Origin: a phage
DNA: 52,202 nucleotides
Reading direction: 5' to 3' (one strand)
NCBI GenBank assembly: GCA_028524385.1
Contig: GCA_028524385.1_3661.2
Shown piece after piece: positions 36,854-44,769 of this stretch. A program made the translations under genes and the position numbers. The notes beneath the pieces were generated by a model. The model made no database searches and was not told where the DNA came from. It saw only the letters and a list, made by a program, of their open reading frames with translations. How positions within the stretch are numbered: position 1 is the first letter of the stretch; each line of letters opens with the position of its first letter.

Positions 36854-37279
36854 ATGATCTATGAAATGCCAAAACTGATTCGTGACGATGCCCAAAACGC
36901 CCACACCTTTATCATGGGCAAGCGCATGGATATTATTTGTCATAAAGATTTCTGGGAAGGGAGTTACTTCACGGAATATTTTGGTAAACTGGATAATGGT
37001 CTGCTGATCCAGTTCTACACCGATGCGGAAAACAATATCTGCTGGGAGTTCGAAACTGAAGATATCCATAAACTTTTCACCTTCCTAGGTATTAAGGTTG
37101 AGGCCAAGTTCGAAGAAGGTGAGTGCGACGATTGTGGATTCTACGAGGTAACAGATTTCTATCTCCCAAGTGGTGAGAACCTTTACTATGAAAGCCACTT
37201 CGGCAACTCAAATATGCCACAAGGTTGGGATGAGTTTTTTGAAATTGTGGAAGAGGAGCTGGCATACCGTGATTATTGA
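36854..37279 (+). CDS. hypothetical protein
   Basis: 141-aa ORF with SD ggag. Confidence 0.4.
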   Translation: MIYEMPKLIRDDAQNAHTFIMGKRMDIICHKDFWEGSYFTEYFGKLDNGLLIQFYTDAENNICWEFETEDIHKLFTFLGIKVEAKFEEGECDDCGFYEVTDFYLPSGENLYYESHFGNSNMPQGWDEFFEIVEEELAYRDY

Positions 37280-37727
37280 TACTGTAGAGGGAGATTTAAT
37301 CTCCCTTTTTAAGAGCGGCGCTGGTCACCTGATCCACGGTTGTAACTGCTTCCACACAATGGGCAAGGGGATAGCAAAACAGATTGCCCGTGAGTTCCCT
37401 CAAGCATTGGCAGCTGACAAAGAGACCAGACATGGTTGCCTAAGTAAACTGGGTGCGTTCTCCCGATGGGAGCACTTATCTCCGAGAGGTATTGTCTACG
37501 GAATCAATCTGTATACTCAGTTCTACCCAGGACCTAATGCTGAATATTTCTCAATCCTGAAAGGCTTTGAGCTAGTCAATGAGGTATTCAGTGGATCGAC
37601 TTTACCATTCTACATCCCTAAGATCGGGTGCGGCATAGGCGGTTTGAAGTGGGAGCACGTAGAGGACGTTATTAACCTTGCCACTTTTGATATGGATATT
37701 ATCGTGGTGGAGTACAAAAAGTGTTGA
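37269..37727 (+). CDS. macrodomain protein (ADP-ribose binding / hydrolase fold)
   Basis: ...EGDLISLF...GHLIHGCNCFHTMGKGIAKQIA... aligns with macro motif GDIT...IVNAAN...GGGGVDGAI; C-terminal ...FYIPKIGCGIGGL... aligns with FPAISTGVYGYP; likely GTG start 37269 with SD gaggag (track ORF has long overlapping N-extension). Confidence 0.5.
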   Translation: MIIDTVEGDLISLFKSGAGHLIHGCNCFHTMGKGIAKQIAREFPQALAADKETRHGCLSKLGAFSRWEHLSPRGIVYGINLYTQFYPGPNAEYFSILKGFELVNEVFSGSTLPFYIPKIGCGIGGLKWEHVEDVINLATFDMDIIVVEYKKC

Positions 37728-37752
37728 CAGCTGGTTTTTGAGACGGTATAGT
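37724..37752 (+). promoter_or_regulatory. sigma70-type promoter
   Basis: TTGACA-17 nt-TATAGT overlapping stop of macrodomain gene. Confidence 0.5.
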
Positions 37753-37780
37753 CACCACAACGATTGAGAGAGGGAGCACT

Positions 37781-37951
37781 ATGGAGACTAAAATCTTAAT
37801 TCTGGCTGTGATAGATACAACCGAAGGGGCTGTGTTCGAATCTGCAGGAGGGTATTTCTACCTACCTTACGGAAAAAGAACTGCTGAACCAGGTAAAGAT
37901 TCAATCATCAAAGTGTTCCCGTGTGCTTTCTGGCTGGAGATTTTGGTATAA
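37781..37951 (+). CDS. small hypothetical protein (56 aa, not in ORF track)
   Basis: ATG with SD gagagaggga, downstream of promoter 37724. Confidence 0.3.
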   Translation: METKILILAVIDTTEGAVFESAGGYFYLPYGKRTAEPGKDSIIKVFPCAFWLEILV

Positions 37952-37977
37952 GATTGCAGAGGATTTGGGAGAGAATT

Positions 37978-38172
37978 ATGAGAAACAAGAGAGAGCTTTA
38001 CTCTGGCGAGTGGATCAACGATCAACAAGTCGGAGAGGTAACCTGCTTCCGGTGTTTTACTCGGTACAATCTTAAAACTGCACCAAAAAGTGTTCCAAAG
38101 ACTGATGGTTATTACATAAAAGAACCTCATTGCCCAAAATGTAAATGCCGATTGTGCTGGAGCAATCTATAA
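37978..38172 (+). CDS. small zinc-ribbon protein
   Basis: CFRCF...CPKCKC four-Cys pattern; ATG 37978 with SD gggagag (track ORF starts at upstream GTG 37921). Confidence 0.4.
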   Translation: MRNKRELYSGEWINDQQVGEVTCFRCFTRYNLKTAPKSVPKTDGYYIKEPHCPKCKCRLCWSNL

Positions 38173-38176
38173 GAGG

Positions 38177-38204
38177 TTGACATCTGAAAACTGCAGTGTA
38201 TAGT
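38177..38204 (+). promoter_or_regulatory. sigma70-type promoter
   Basis: TTGACA-16 nt-TATAGT. Confidence 0.45.
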
Positions 38205-38235
38205 ATACGCATAAACTAAAAGAGAGCGATGTATT

Positions 38236-38427
38236 ATGGTAATTTTTAACCGGGATGGTATCATAGTTAGACAGCACCCGTTCCTTGAATACTATCAAAT
38301 TGAGCAATGGTGCTACGGAGATTGCAGTCACTCCTATGGGCAAAGTTGGGGATATCGCACAGTTTTTGAATCAACAGACCTTGACAAAGTAAGACAGAAA
38401 GTTTTAGAACTTATTAACAACAAGTGA
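38236..38427 (+). CDS. hypothetical protein
   Basis: 63-aa ORF. Confidence 0.4.
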   Translation: MVIFNRDGIIVRQHPFLEYYQIEQWCYGDCSHSYGQSWGYRTVFESTDLDKVRQKVLELINNK

Positions 38428-38436
38428 GTATGATAT

Positions 38437-38769
38437 ATGGTAACATTAGAAAGACGTAAAGCTATCGCCGCCACACTGGCAGACATCTTTTGGGATTGCA
38501 ACTTAAAAGATACCAGAAATTGTGGCGCATCTGTAGATGTATTATTCCCACGGCCCACCATTGTTGCAATGGGAAACCTGTTAAACGTAGTGTACGGAGC
38601 ATGGGACAAAGAAGGTGGATTCTATATCTGGCAACCTGACTACGGAGCCTGGAAAGAGGTAAGGGGTACGGTTGACTTTGGGCCTACAAGTGCTAAGATG
38701 GATGGCTGGGAAATTTATGTTGGAAACGACATGAAGCTGAAAGGCGAGATTGTTTACTGGTTGCCTTAA
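38437..38769 (+). CDS. hypothetical protein
   Basis: 110-aa ORF. Confidence 0.4.
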   Translation: MVTLERRKAIAATLADIFWDCNLKDTRNCGASVDVLFPRPTIVAMGNLLNVVYGAWDKEGGFYIWQPDYGAWKEVRGTVDFGPTSAKMDGWEIYVGNDMKLKGEIVYWLP

Positions 38770-38828
38770 GAACGTGCAGGAGATAAAGTATAAACAAAGG
38801 GTGGACATTCGTAGACGGCGTTAAAAAC

Positions 38829-39035
38829 ATGCCTCTTGGAAAGTATATTGTAGCCATGGCAGATGAGAATGGCAAGGTGGATTTCGGAGTTTGCGAGGTT
38901 GTTCTTGCAGGATCTGGCGACTATGTGCACAAAACTGGGATAATTAACGGTCATTTCTACTTTGATTACAACCCTGTTGTGGCGTATATGGCTATGCCAG
39001 AGTTTAAGTTCCCAAAGGATGGTGCTGATGTTTAA
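38829..39035 (+). CDS. hypothetical protein
   Basis: 68-aa ORF; weak SD. Confidence 0.35.
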   Translation: MPLGKYIVAMADENGKVDFGVCEVVLAGSGDYVHKTGIINGHFYFDYNPVVAYMAMPEFKFPKDGADV

Positions 39036-39225
39036 GCTTAAATCCGCATGGAACATTGCTGTAGGTGACGAGATCCGTATTCCAGGTGGAGAAACTATTA
39101 TGAAGATATCTCGTATCGAGTATGAAGGTGACCGTGTATTCCACATCTTTGCAGAAGATGGTCGAGAAATTTATATACAGGCAGGCTCTCACATCTATAT
39201 TTGTAAGAAAGGGGACGACAAATGA
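39028..39225 (+). CDS. hypothetical protein
   Basis: ATG 39028 (SD aaggatgg) overlapping upstream stop; track ORF 38962..39225 has an N-extension overlapping the previous gene. Confidence 0.35.
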   Translation: MFKLKSAWNIAVGDEIRIPGGETIMKISRIEYEGDRVFHIFAEDGREIYIQAGSHIYICKKGDDK

Positions 39226-39554
39226 CAGAGATCATCGTTTCAACTGCAGGGTATGTATTCCTGACAATCATTGCGCTGGCTATTCTGGTGGCGGTGTATG
39301 GATTTGTTATCCTGCCTATTCTTGAGACATTTAGTTTGTGTCGGTGTTGGAGAAAAGCTTACGGACCACAACCGTGGAAAGACTGGTTCCATTTGGTGCG
39401 TATAGCGTTCTCTTATGCCTATGACCACTCTAGCAGTGCATGCGTAACCGGGTACCATGCCTACAACTGGAACTGGGAAGGGTTAGGGAGATGGACTGTT
39501 ACAAAAACTATACCCTTACGGTTGTACAAAGGAAAGAACACACTGGGAGCCTGA
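39222..39554 (+). CDS. predicted membrane protein
   Basis: 110 aa with hydrophobic N-terminal segment (YVFLTIIALAILVAVYGFVILPIL); SD aaagggga. Confidence 0.45.
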   Translation: MTEIIVSTAGYVFLTIIALAILVAVYGFVILPILETFSLCRCWRKAYGPQPWKDWFHLVRIAFSYAYDHSSSACVTGYHAYNWNWEGLGRWTVTKTIPLRLYKGKNTLGA

Positions 39555-39865
39555 TATTTTAAGTTATCAGGTTGCCAGAGATCAGGAGGATTTCTAAAAT
39601 GGATTTCCTCCTTTTGATATTTTACCTGCCATGATATTTTAAAATCCTTAGAAAATCAGAAAATGGATCGAAAACTAAAATGGATTTTTCAGAGTAGGCG
39701 CGACAAGCTGAATCACTCATCCTATCGTTTGCACCATATTCCAGACCACCATTACAGATTTCCCGCACATGCTTACATCTCGCTACTAGAACTTCCTCCA
39801 CTCACCCTTGACCTTTTATAGCAATAATCCAACCACTATCTTGAAGTTGCGGTGCAGCTTTCCAG

Positions 39866-39887
39866 GTACTCGATCTGTTTTTCGTTT
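39866..39887. repeat. 22-bp direct repeat, copy 1
   Basis: gtactcgatctgtttttcgttt repeated exactly at 39931..39952. Confidence 0.75.
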
Positions 39888-39930
39888 CAAATATTGAATT
39901 TTCTGAAAATTTTTCTCGATAAATTTCTCA

Positions 39931-39952
39931 GTACTCGATCTGTTTTTCGTTT
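39931..39952. repeat. 22-bp direct repeat, copy 2
   Basis: Exact copy of 39866..39887; surrounded by recurring aaaatggat and ttttctgRaaat words. Confidence 0.75.
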
Positions 39953-40188
39953 TCTGAATCGGATTTTCTGGAAATCGTTCCGGATCTCGACCTGAAATTT
40001 TTGGGGACGAAATCGATTTTTCGTTTTCAGAAATGGATTTTTAAAATTTGTATATGGAAATATTTTAGGAGGTATTATTTTATATAGAATTGTCACGGTA
40101 GGTAATTAGCATGCTAACTAAATTTATGAAATGCGAAAAGTTCTCATTTAGAACTTTGAATGATAATCATTCTCGTTTGCAGAATAAC

Positions 40189-40230
40189 GGGCAGGCCCGG
40201 TGATTGTCTCCCGGCCCCTGTTGCCCCGGC
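40189..40230. repeat. GC-rich structured element E1
   Basis: gggcaggcccggtgattgtctccc... ; core ccggtgRttgtctccc shared with E2 and E3. Confidence 0.5.
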
Positions 40231-40328
40231 TTGTTATTATAGTATCACGCAGGACAAAGAAGGCAAGGATTTTTTGCATAAATTTTTAAATGATAATGAT
40301 AACCGTTCTCATTTTATGCATCGCCCAT

Positions 40329-40365
40329 CCCCGGTGGTTGTCTCCCCCGTCACCGGTGCCTGCCG
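40329..40365. repeat. GC-rich structured element E2
   Basis: ccccggtggttgtctcccccgtcaccggtgcctgccg; near-identical to reverse complement of E3 (49271..49322). Confidence 0.55.
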
Positions 40366-40443
40366 TCCTTTCGATAGGTATATTGTGCCACCTGGCGGGG
40401 TCGCTGTCAACACCTTTTCGAAAAAAAAAAATTATAACCAGGT

Positions 40444-40492
40444 GCGCCCACCGCCAGGACCTGGCGGCGGGGCCAACCTGGCAGGTCCGCGC
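40444..40492. repeat. GC-rich element E4 with 17-bp palindrome
   Basis: ccgccagg-a-cctggcgg perfect palindrome; CCTGGCGG word recurs at about 40391, 40653 and 49282. Confidence 0.45.
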
Positions 40493-40707
40493 TATAAAGT
40501 GAACAGCTGAAGAAGAGGTACATAAATGAAAGGTAATATTATCCACCTGGGGAAATATAGTAATTAATGGCACGTGAGCTATCCTCCCTGGTTGAGAGGG
40601 CTAAAACTGAAGCGTTGGAACATAAAGAAGAATACGAAAAAATGATGGTTAACCTGGCAGGGGCGGCGGCTGGAGAATTCTACCCAAAAAATAATTTTAC
40701 ATAATGG

Positions 40708-40736
40708 TTGACAGCTCGGATAGTTCTTGTTATTCT
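40708..40736 (+). promoter_or_regulatory. sigma70-type promoter
   Basis: TTGACA-17 nt-TATTCT upstream of gene 40790. Confidence 0.45.
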
Positions 40737-40789
40737 TATTCTCGCAAGGTGAACAACACCACACTAATTAACAGAGAGGATAAGAAATC

Positions 40790-40987
40790 ATGAACGCATA
40801 CGGAATCAAATCACGTCGCAACGCTCGCCAGGTGGTCACCAATCAAGTGATTTGCCGGGTGGATGTAACCATCAACAACGGGCAAGGCCTTTATAAATTT
40901 CGTCGCGGTCATAGCTATACCCTGCAACAGCTTAACCGTTGCGCCCTGACAAAAGGTCAGATCAACCACTGGTTTAATAAAAAATAA
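40790..40987 (+). CDS. small basic hypothetical protein
   Basis: 65-aa ORF with SD agagagga. Confidence 0.45.
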   Translation: MNAYGIKSRRNARQVVTNQVICRVDVTINNGQGLYKFRRGHSYTLQQLNRCALTKGQINHWFNKK

Positions 40988-40990
40988 ATA

Positions 40991-41019
40991 TTGACATGTA
41001 GTCTGACACAAAATATACT
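40991..41019 (+). promoter_or_regulatory. sigma70-type promoter
   Basis: TTGACA-17 nt-TATACT. Confidence 0.55.
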
Positions 41020-41051
41020 GAAATCACAAAAGACACTAAGAGGATAAAATC

Positions 41052-41450
41052 ATGAAAACTACAACCTTTAATTTTGATAATGCTGACTTCTCTTTTTCTG
41101 ATGTTAAGAACTGCCGCCGTGAGCGTGGATTCTACAAGGCTTATAATCTGGTTGGCCTAGACGATGATAATAATTTACACGAAGTAGCCGAGATCCGGTA
41201 TTATGCCGCCTCCAGCGGTAACACTCATTATTGCGTCTTTTGGATGCACGACAGCAAGAACAATAAGTACGGTTATACTGGTGGCAAGGCGAGCGGTCAC
41301 GGTTATGATAAGGCCAATGCAGCGCTTGAAAGCGCGTTAAATGCTATGGGGATCACTGCCAACGGCTGGATCTATGAAGATGAATTTTTGTCAGCACTTG
41401 CTGCCCACCTGGGGTATAAAAAGCACATTGTGACATGCGCCCACGAATAA
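41052..41450 (+). CDS. hypothetical protein
   Basis: 132-aa ORF with SD aagagga. Confidence 0.45.
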   Translation: MKTTTFNFDNADFSFSDVKNCRRERGFYKAYNLVGLDDDNNLHEVAEIRYYAASSGNTHYCVFWMHDSKNNKYGYTGGKASGHGYDKANAALESALNAMGITANGWIYEDEFLSALAAHLGYKKHIVTCAHE

Positions 41451-41461
41451 AAAAAAAATTA

Positions 41462-41489
41462 TTGACACGCTGCAAAATTAAAGTAAACT
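41462..41489 (+). promoter_or_regulatory. sigma70-type promoter preceded by A10 tract
   Basis: A10 (41449-41458) then TTGACA-16 nt-TAAACT; 5'-proximal hairpin ggcgggaa-tgt-ttcccgcc at 41500-41518. Confidence 0.5.
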
Positions 41490-41537
41490 AGGCACAAAAG
41501 GCGGGAATGTTTCCCGCCAACACAAAGGAAAAAGATC

Positions 41538-41933
41538 ATGAATAAGAACGTACGCCGCATCATGAACGAACTGGCAAACGATGAAAAAATTATTGATATG
41601 CATTTGGTCAACATTTGCCGCCGTTGTGTAACATATAACAACCGCGCCGCAAAAGCGCGTGAGATGAACGCAAAAGGCACCTTAAAGCCCTTTCAGGTGG
41701 TTGTAAAATCTATAACTAATGCAGCAGGCCAGGCGCATGACCACAACAACGAGAGCACTAATATTGATCCGTCTTACGTAATGAAACGGATCCGGACTTG
41801 CAAGAATAAAGAGCAGGTGTATAACGTCATAGATTGGCTGGACTCCATGGGCGATGTGGTTTATAATAGGTTTTCTGCAGCTATCGAGATCCAGCTTGAC
41901 AGACTGGACGGGAAAGTACTGAAAACTTACTAA
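41538..41933 (+). CDS. hypothetical protein
   Basis: 131-aa ORF with SD aaaggaaaaag. Confidence 0.45.
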   Translation: MNKNVRRIMNELANDEKIIDMHLVNICRRCVTYNNRAAKAREMNAKGTLKPFQVVVKSITNAAGQAHDHNNESTNIDPSYVMKRIRTCKNKEQVYNVIDWLDSMGDVVYNRFSAAIEIQLDRLDGKVLKTY

Positions 41934-41980
41934 ATTTATTTTTAGATGGCCTTGACTCCAGGGCCATCAATAAAGTAAAC
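41934..41980. repeat. conserved 48-nt intergenic hairpin element, copy 1
   Basis: atttatttttaGATGGCCTTGactcCAGGGCCATCaataaagtaaac directly after stop codon; 10-bp stem, 4-nt loop, embedded TTGACT. Confidence 0.7.
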
Positions 41981-42013
41981 TAATCCTAGTTAAGCTAAAA
42001 AGGAGGCTTGAAG

Positions 42014-42133
42014 ATGAGCACTACACGCCAGCACACAAAGGTGACCATCATCGTTTGCATCATTGGGTACATCCTGGCGCAAATGTTGATGAGTAGCGCT
42101 AACAGTTTTGCAAAATTTTTCTTAAATTTTTAA
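42014..42133 (+). CDS. small hydrophobic peptide (39 aa, not in ORF track)
   Basis: ATG with strong SD aaaggagg; MSTTRQHTKVTIIVCIIGYILAQMLMSSANSFAKFFLNF has one predicted TM segment. Confidence 0.35.
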   Translation: MSTTRQHTKVTIIVCIIGYILAQMLMSSANSFAKFFLNF

Positions 42134-42161
42134 TTGACAAGCTGACTTAGATCGATATACT
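42134..42161 (+). promoter_or_regulatory. sigma70-type promoter
   Basis: TTGACA-16 nt-TATACT; 5'-proximal hairpin gggaa-aac-ttccc at 42174-42186. Confidence 0.55.
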
Positions 42162-42211
42162 AAGCACATCAACGGGAAAACTTCCCAGAACACACAAAAG
42201 GAGAAAACACC

Positions 42212-42553
42212 ATGACTACTATGACCGCCGCAGAAAAAGCCATGCAGATCGCCGCGCTGAAAAAACAGATCGCAGACCTTGAGAATAAGATCGATAACTT
42301 TGAAATCGACGAGGACAAGTACGACGAAAACTATGATGAATGGTTAGACGAGATCTACGGCGAAATTATGATCGGAAACATTTCTTTTCTTCCATCGCGT
42401 ATCCTCAAGGAGCTAGATCCTATCGCTTACCGCTGCGGATTTAGCGACTACATCGACAGCCTGGATATTGAGGACGATGAAGAATACCAGGAATTGCAGA
42501 CAGAGCTTGAGGAAGTGAAAGAAGAGCTTTCAGAACTGGAAGAAAACGAATAA
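42212..42553 (+). CDS. acidic hypothetical protein
   Basis: 113-aa ORF with SD aaaggag; very acidic C-terminal half. Confidence 0.45.
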   Translation: MTTMTAAEKAMQIAALKKQIADLENKIDNFEIDEDKYDENYDEWLDEIYGEIMIGNISFLPSRILKELDPIAYRCGFSDYIDSLDIEDDEEYQELQTELEEVKEELSELEENE

Positions 42554-42600
42554 ATTTATTTTTAGATGGCCTTGACTCCAGGGCCATCAATAAAGTAAAC
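42554..42600. repeat. conserved 48-nt intergenic hairpin element, copy 2
   Basis: Identical to copy 1, again starting right after a stop codon. Confidence 0.7.
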
Positions 42601-42639
42601 TTTACACTGTTAACACTGAACTAATGAGGAGTTAAAACC

Positions 42640-42885
42640 ATGGCAGCACTAATTACCAAATACTATGCGCCCACCAACACCAAAAGCGCCCGGATCATGG
42701 TAAAAGGCTTCGGACGTAAAAAGGTTTACACCTGGGATTATTCCCTAGACATGGAAGACAACTACACCAACGCGATGACCGATTTTATTAACGAGCTGAA
42801 TACGCGGATCTTAACAAATTATAAAATTACCGACATTGCTTATATAGGTGAAGGCGGGATCTGTTTTGTAGGCATTGTGAAATAG
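42640..42885 (+). CDS. hypothetical protein
   Basis: 81-aa ORF with SD gaggag. Confidence 0.45.
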   Translation: MAALITKYYAPTNTKSARIMVKGFGRKKVYTWDYSLDMEDNYTNAMTDFINELNTRILTNYKITDIAYIGEGGICFVGIVK

Positions 42886-42886
42886 T

Positions 42887-42936
42887 TATTTTTTCGGTGG
42901 TCCTGGCTGCAGGGCCATCTATAAAGATAATTTACT
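42887..42936. repeat. variant copy of intergenic hairpin element
   Basis: ttattttttcGGTGGTCCTGgctgCAGGGCCATCtataaag; 5' arm differs from canonical copies but still pairs with the identical 3' arm (G-U wobbles); -35-like TTGACT lost. Confidence 0.55.
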
Positions 42937-42960
42937 AACACCATGAAAGGAGAAAGTAAC

Positions 42961-43314
42961 ATGATCAGCGGGGCTAGTTTTATTATTGGCGCTATTGCTA
43001 CGGCTTTAATTGTAAACAAGATCCAGGATAAAAAGGAAAGAGGAAGTACCACCCTTGCAGAATATCCATTTTGGACATTTAACGATAACGAAGACTATAT
43101 TGTAAAGTATAAAAATAAAGAAGGTGACCAAGTAACACCTCGACCGATCCCAGCTTACAAGATGCAGGAAACACTATACCGCCTGGAGGCGGGAGGCGCA
43201 AAAATTGTAGACTTTTGGGGATACGATCACACAGATCAGGAAGCTATAAAGCGGCGTATCAGGGCTATTCAGGCCAATATTGAAGTTAGCAAGGGGGGAA
43301 TATATGAAGATTAA
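42961..43314 (+). CDS. membrane-anchored hypothetical protein
   Basis: ATG 42961 with SD aaaggag 8 nt upstream (track ORF starts at 42943 without SD); N-terminal TM segment ISGASFIIGAIATALIV. Confidence 0.45.
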   Translation: MISGASFIIGAIATALIVNKIQDKKERGSTTLAEYPFWTFNDNEDYIVKYKNKEGDQVTPRPIPAYKMQETLYRLEAGGAKIVDFWGYDHTDQEAIKRRIRAIQANIEVSKGGIYED

Positions 43315-43501
43315 TTTTGAGAAGATTGTAAAGCGGTCTCATGATTCCGAAGAGCTGCCGGAACGCCGCCAGCGTAACAATAAACTGAATAAGCCAAAAA
43401 GATTTGGGAAGATCTGGCGGAATCATTATGATCGTAAATTGCCGGGCCTCCTTTTGGAACGTGAACGGCAGGCGGAACGATACCGCCACAAAGGCAACTA
43501 A
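43304..43501 (+). CDS. small basic hypothetical protein
   Basis: ATG 43304 with SD aagggggg, overlapping upstream stop; Arg/Lys-rich. Confidence 0.35.
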   Translation: MKINFEKIVKRSHDSEELPERRQRNNKLNKPKRFGKIWRNHYDRKLPGLLLERERQAERYRHKGN

Positions 43502-43508
43502 CAACCAA

Positions 43509-43540
43509 CGCCCCGCCATCGTGCGGGGCTTTTTATTTCT
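43509..43540 (+). terminator. intrinsic terminator
   Basis: ccccgc-catcgt-gcgggg followed by ctttttatttct. Confidence 0.65.
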
Positions 43541-43659
43541 ATCCTACGAATAGCGCCCCTGGTTGGCCCCACAACGCCCTAAAGGCCCCCTACTCATGCA
43601 ATCCCCTTTCTTAACCTGAAAACATCGTCAAAGGCTGTTTTAAAGCGTTAAAAATGTTG

Positions 43660-43688
43660 TTGACATCTAAAAATGCTCTAGATATACT
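43660..43688 (+). promoter_or_regulatory. sigma70-type promoter
   Basis: TTGACA-17 nt-TATACT. Confidence 0.55.
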
Positions 43689-43724
43689 AATCACATCAAA
43701 GCGAGAAGTAAGGGGGTAAACGCC

Positions 43725-43985
43725 ATGCGTAAATTGAAAAATTTTGATAAAGTCGATGTTGTCCTAAATAATTTTTACTACTGCAATAATAAAGCCGTTT
43801 GGTGGCGTGATAGTTCCACCGATAAGGTTAAGGCGCGCTTTCTCCAGGGGCACTGGCAAGGCCGCCCAGTGATTAAAATCCTGGGGCAATTGGTAGCGTT
43901 TAAAAATTGCCGCCGTGTTGATGACGTTGAAGAGATTCTAAACATTTTACGCCACAATAATTTAAAAAATAGTGTTGACAAGTAA
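43725..43985 (+). CDS. hypothetical protein
   Basis: 86-aa ORF with SD aaggggg. Confidence 0.45.
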   Translation: MRKLKNFDKVDVVLNNFYYCNNKAVWWRDSSTDKVKARFLQGHWQGRPVIKILGQLVAFKNCRRVDDVEEILNILRHNNLKNSVDK

Positions 43986-44002
43986 GTCTCAATAAGTATA
44001 CT
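43975..44002 (+). promoter_or_regulatory. sigma70-type promoter
   Basis: TTGACA-16 nt-TATACT overlapping end of upstream gene; 5' hairpin cgggaa..ttcccg downstream. Confidence 0.5.
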
Positions 44003-44058
44003 TAAACACACAGACGGGAAACTTCCCGCCACTAACAAAGAAAATAGGAGAAAATATC

Positions 44059-44682
44059 ATGACCACCGTTAACATTACTACAGGTTACAATTTATCTTTC
44101 GACGTGCTGACCGACGAACAAAAAGAAAAAGCCGTTGAAATGGTCCGCGAAAGAGAAGAACACAGCGGGGATAACTTTTTTGCAGAAAGTGTAATTGAAT
44201 ACTATAAAGAATATGTTTTTCCAGAGTACGGGCTTGAAGATACAGATGTACATTGGTCCGGCTTTTGGTGCCAGGGTGACGGCGCGTCAATCAGTGCTGA
44301 AAACGTGGATTTAGAAAAATTCTTGCGTAAAGTCAAGTCTCTGACTAAATTCCGCTCAATTCGTCACTTGTTCGGCACAATGCACGATGGCGAGCTATCC
44401 GCAAGTGTTGAACGTGACACATACAGCCGATATAGTCACGAAAACACTGTAAACGGATACATCGATACTACATGGCTGGACCTGACCACCAAGCAAGAAA
44501 ACAAAGTGGAAGATCTGGAAGAGCTGATCACCGAGACTGTACGTGAACTATCTCGCAAGGTTTACGTAGACTTGGAAGCGGCCTATTTGGAGCAATTCAC
44601 ATCTGAAAACTTGATCGGCCTTATCGAGGCCAATGATTGGCGGTTTGATGTCGATGAATATGGTGAGATGACTTTTTCATAA
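44059..44682 (+). CDS. acidic hypothetical protein
   Basis: 207-aa ORF with SD aggag. Confidence 0.45.
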   Translation: MTTVNITTGYNLSFDVLTDEQKEKAVEMVREREEHSGDNFFAESVIEYYKEYVFPEYGLEDTDVHWSGFWCQGDGASISAENVDLEKFLRKVKSLTKFRSIRHLFGTMHDGELSASVERDTYSRYSHENTVNGYIDTTWLDLTTKQENKVEDLEELITETVRELSRKVYVDLEAAYLEQFTSENLIGLIEANDWRFDVDEYGEMTFS

Positions 44683-44690
44683 ATAAAGTG

Positions 44691-44718
44691 TTGCAATAAC
44701 CTAAAAACCTGCTATATT
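44691..44718 (+). promoter_or_regulatory. sigma70-type promoter
   Basis: TTGCAA-16 nt-TATATT; 5' hairpin ggggcaa-gacg-tttgcccc at 44728-44746. Confidence 0.45.
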
Positions 44719-44769
44719 AAAACTCAAGGGGCAAGACGTTTGCCCCACACAAAATAAAGAGGAAAAATC

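Noticed and set aside
37170-37268. N-terminal extension of the macrodomain ORF overlapping the preceding gene by about 100 nt
   Set aside because: The extension lacks a start codon with an SD and overlaps gene 36854..37279 out of frame; the GTG at 37269 with SD gaggag is the more plausible start.
39866-39952. Possible CRISPR-like array from the 22-bp direct repeats
   Set aside because: Only two copies, AT-rich, not palindromic, single spacer, and no cas genes in the window.
40160-40573. Overlapping ORFs of 70-116 aa on both strands (40160..40510 +, 40286..40573 -, 40290..40502 +)
   Set aside because: They lie in a GC-rich repeat-containing stretch, overlap each other in several frames, lack SD sequences and have Pro/Gly/Arg-rich low-complexity translations; more likely non-coding structured DNA or RNA.
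41934-41980. 48-nt hairpin element as an intrinsic terminator
   Set aside because: The U-rich tract precedes the stem and the 3' flank is A-rich on the + strand, and the reverse complement has the same arrangement, so neither orientation gives stem followed by U-tract.
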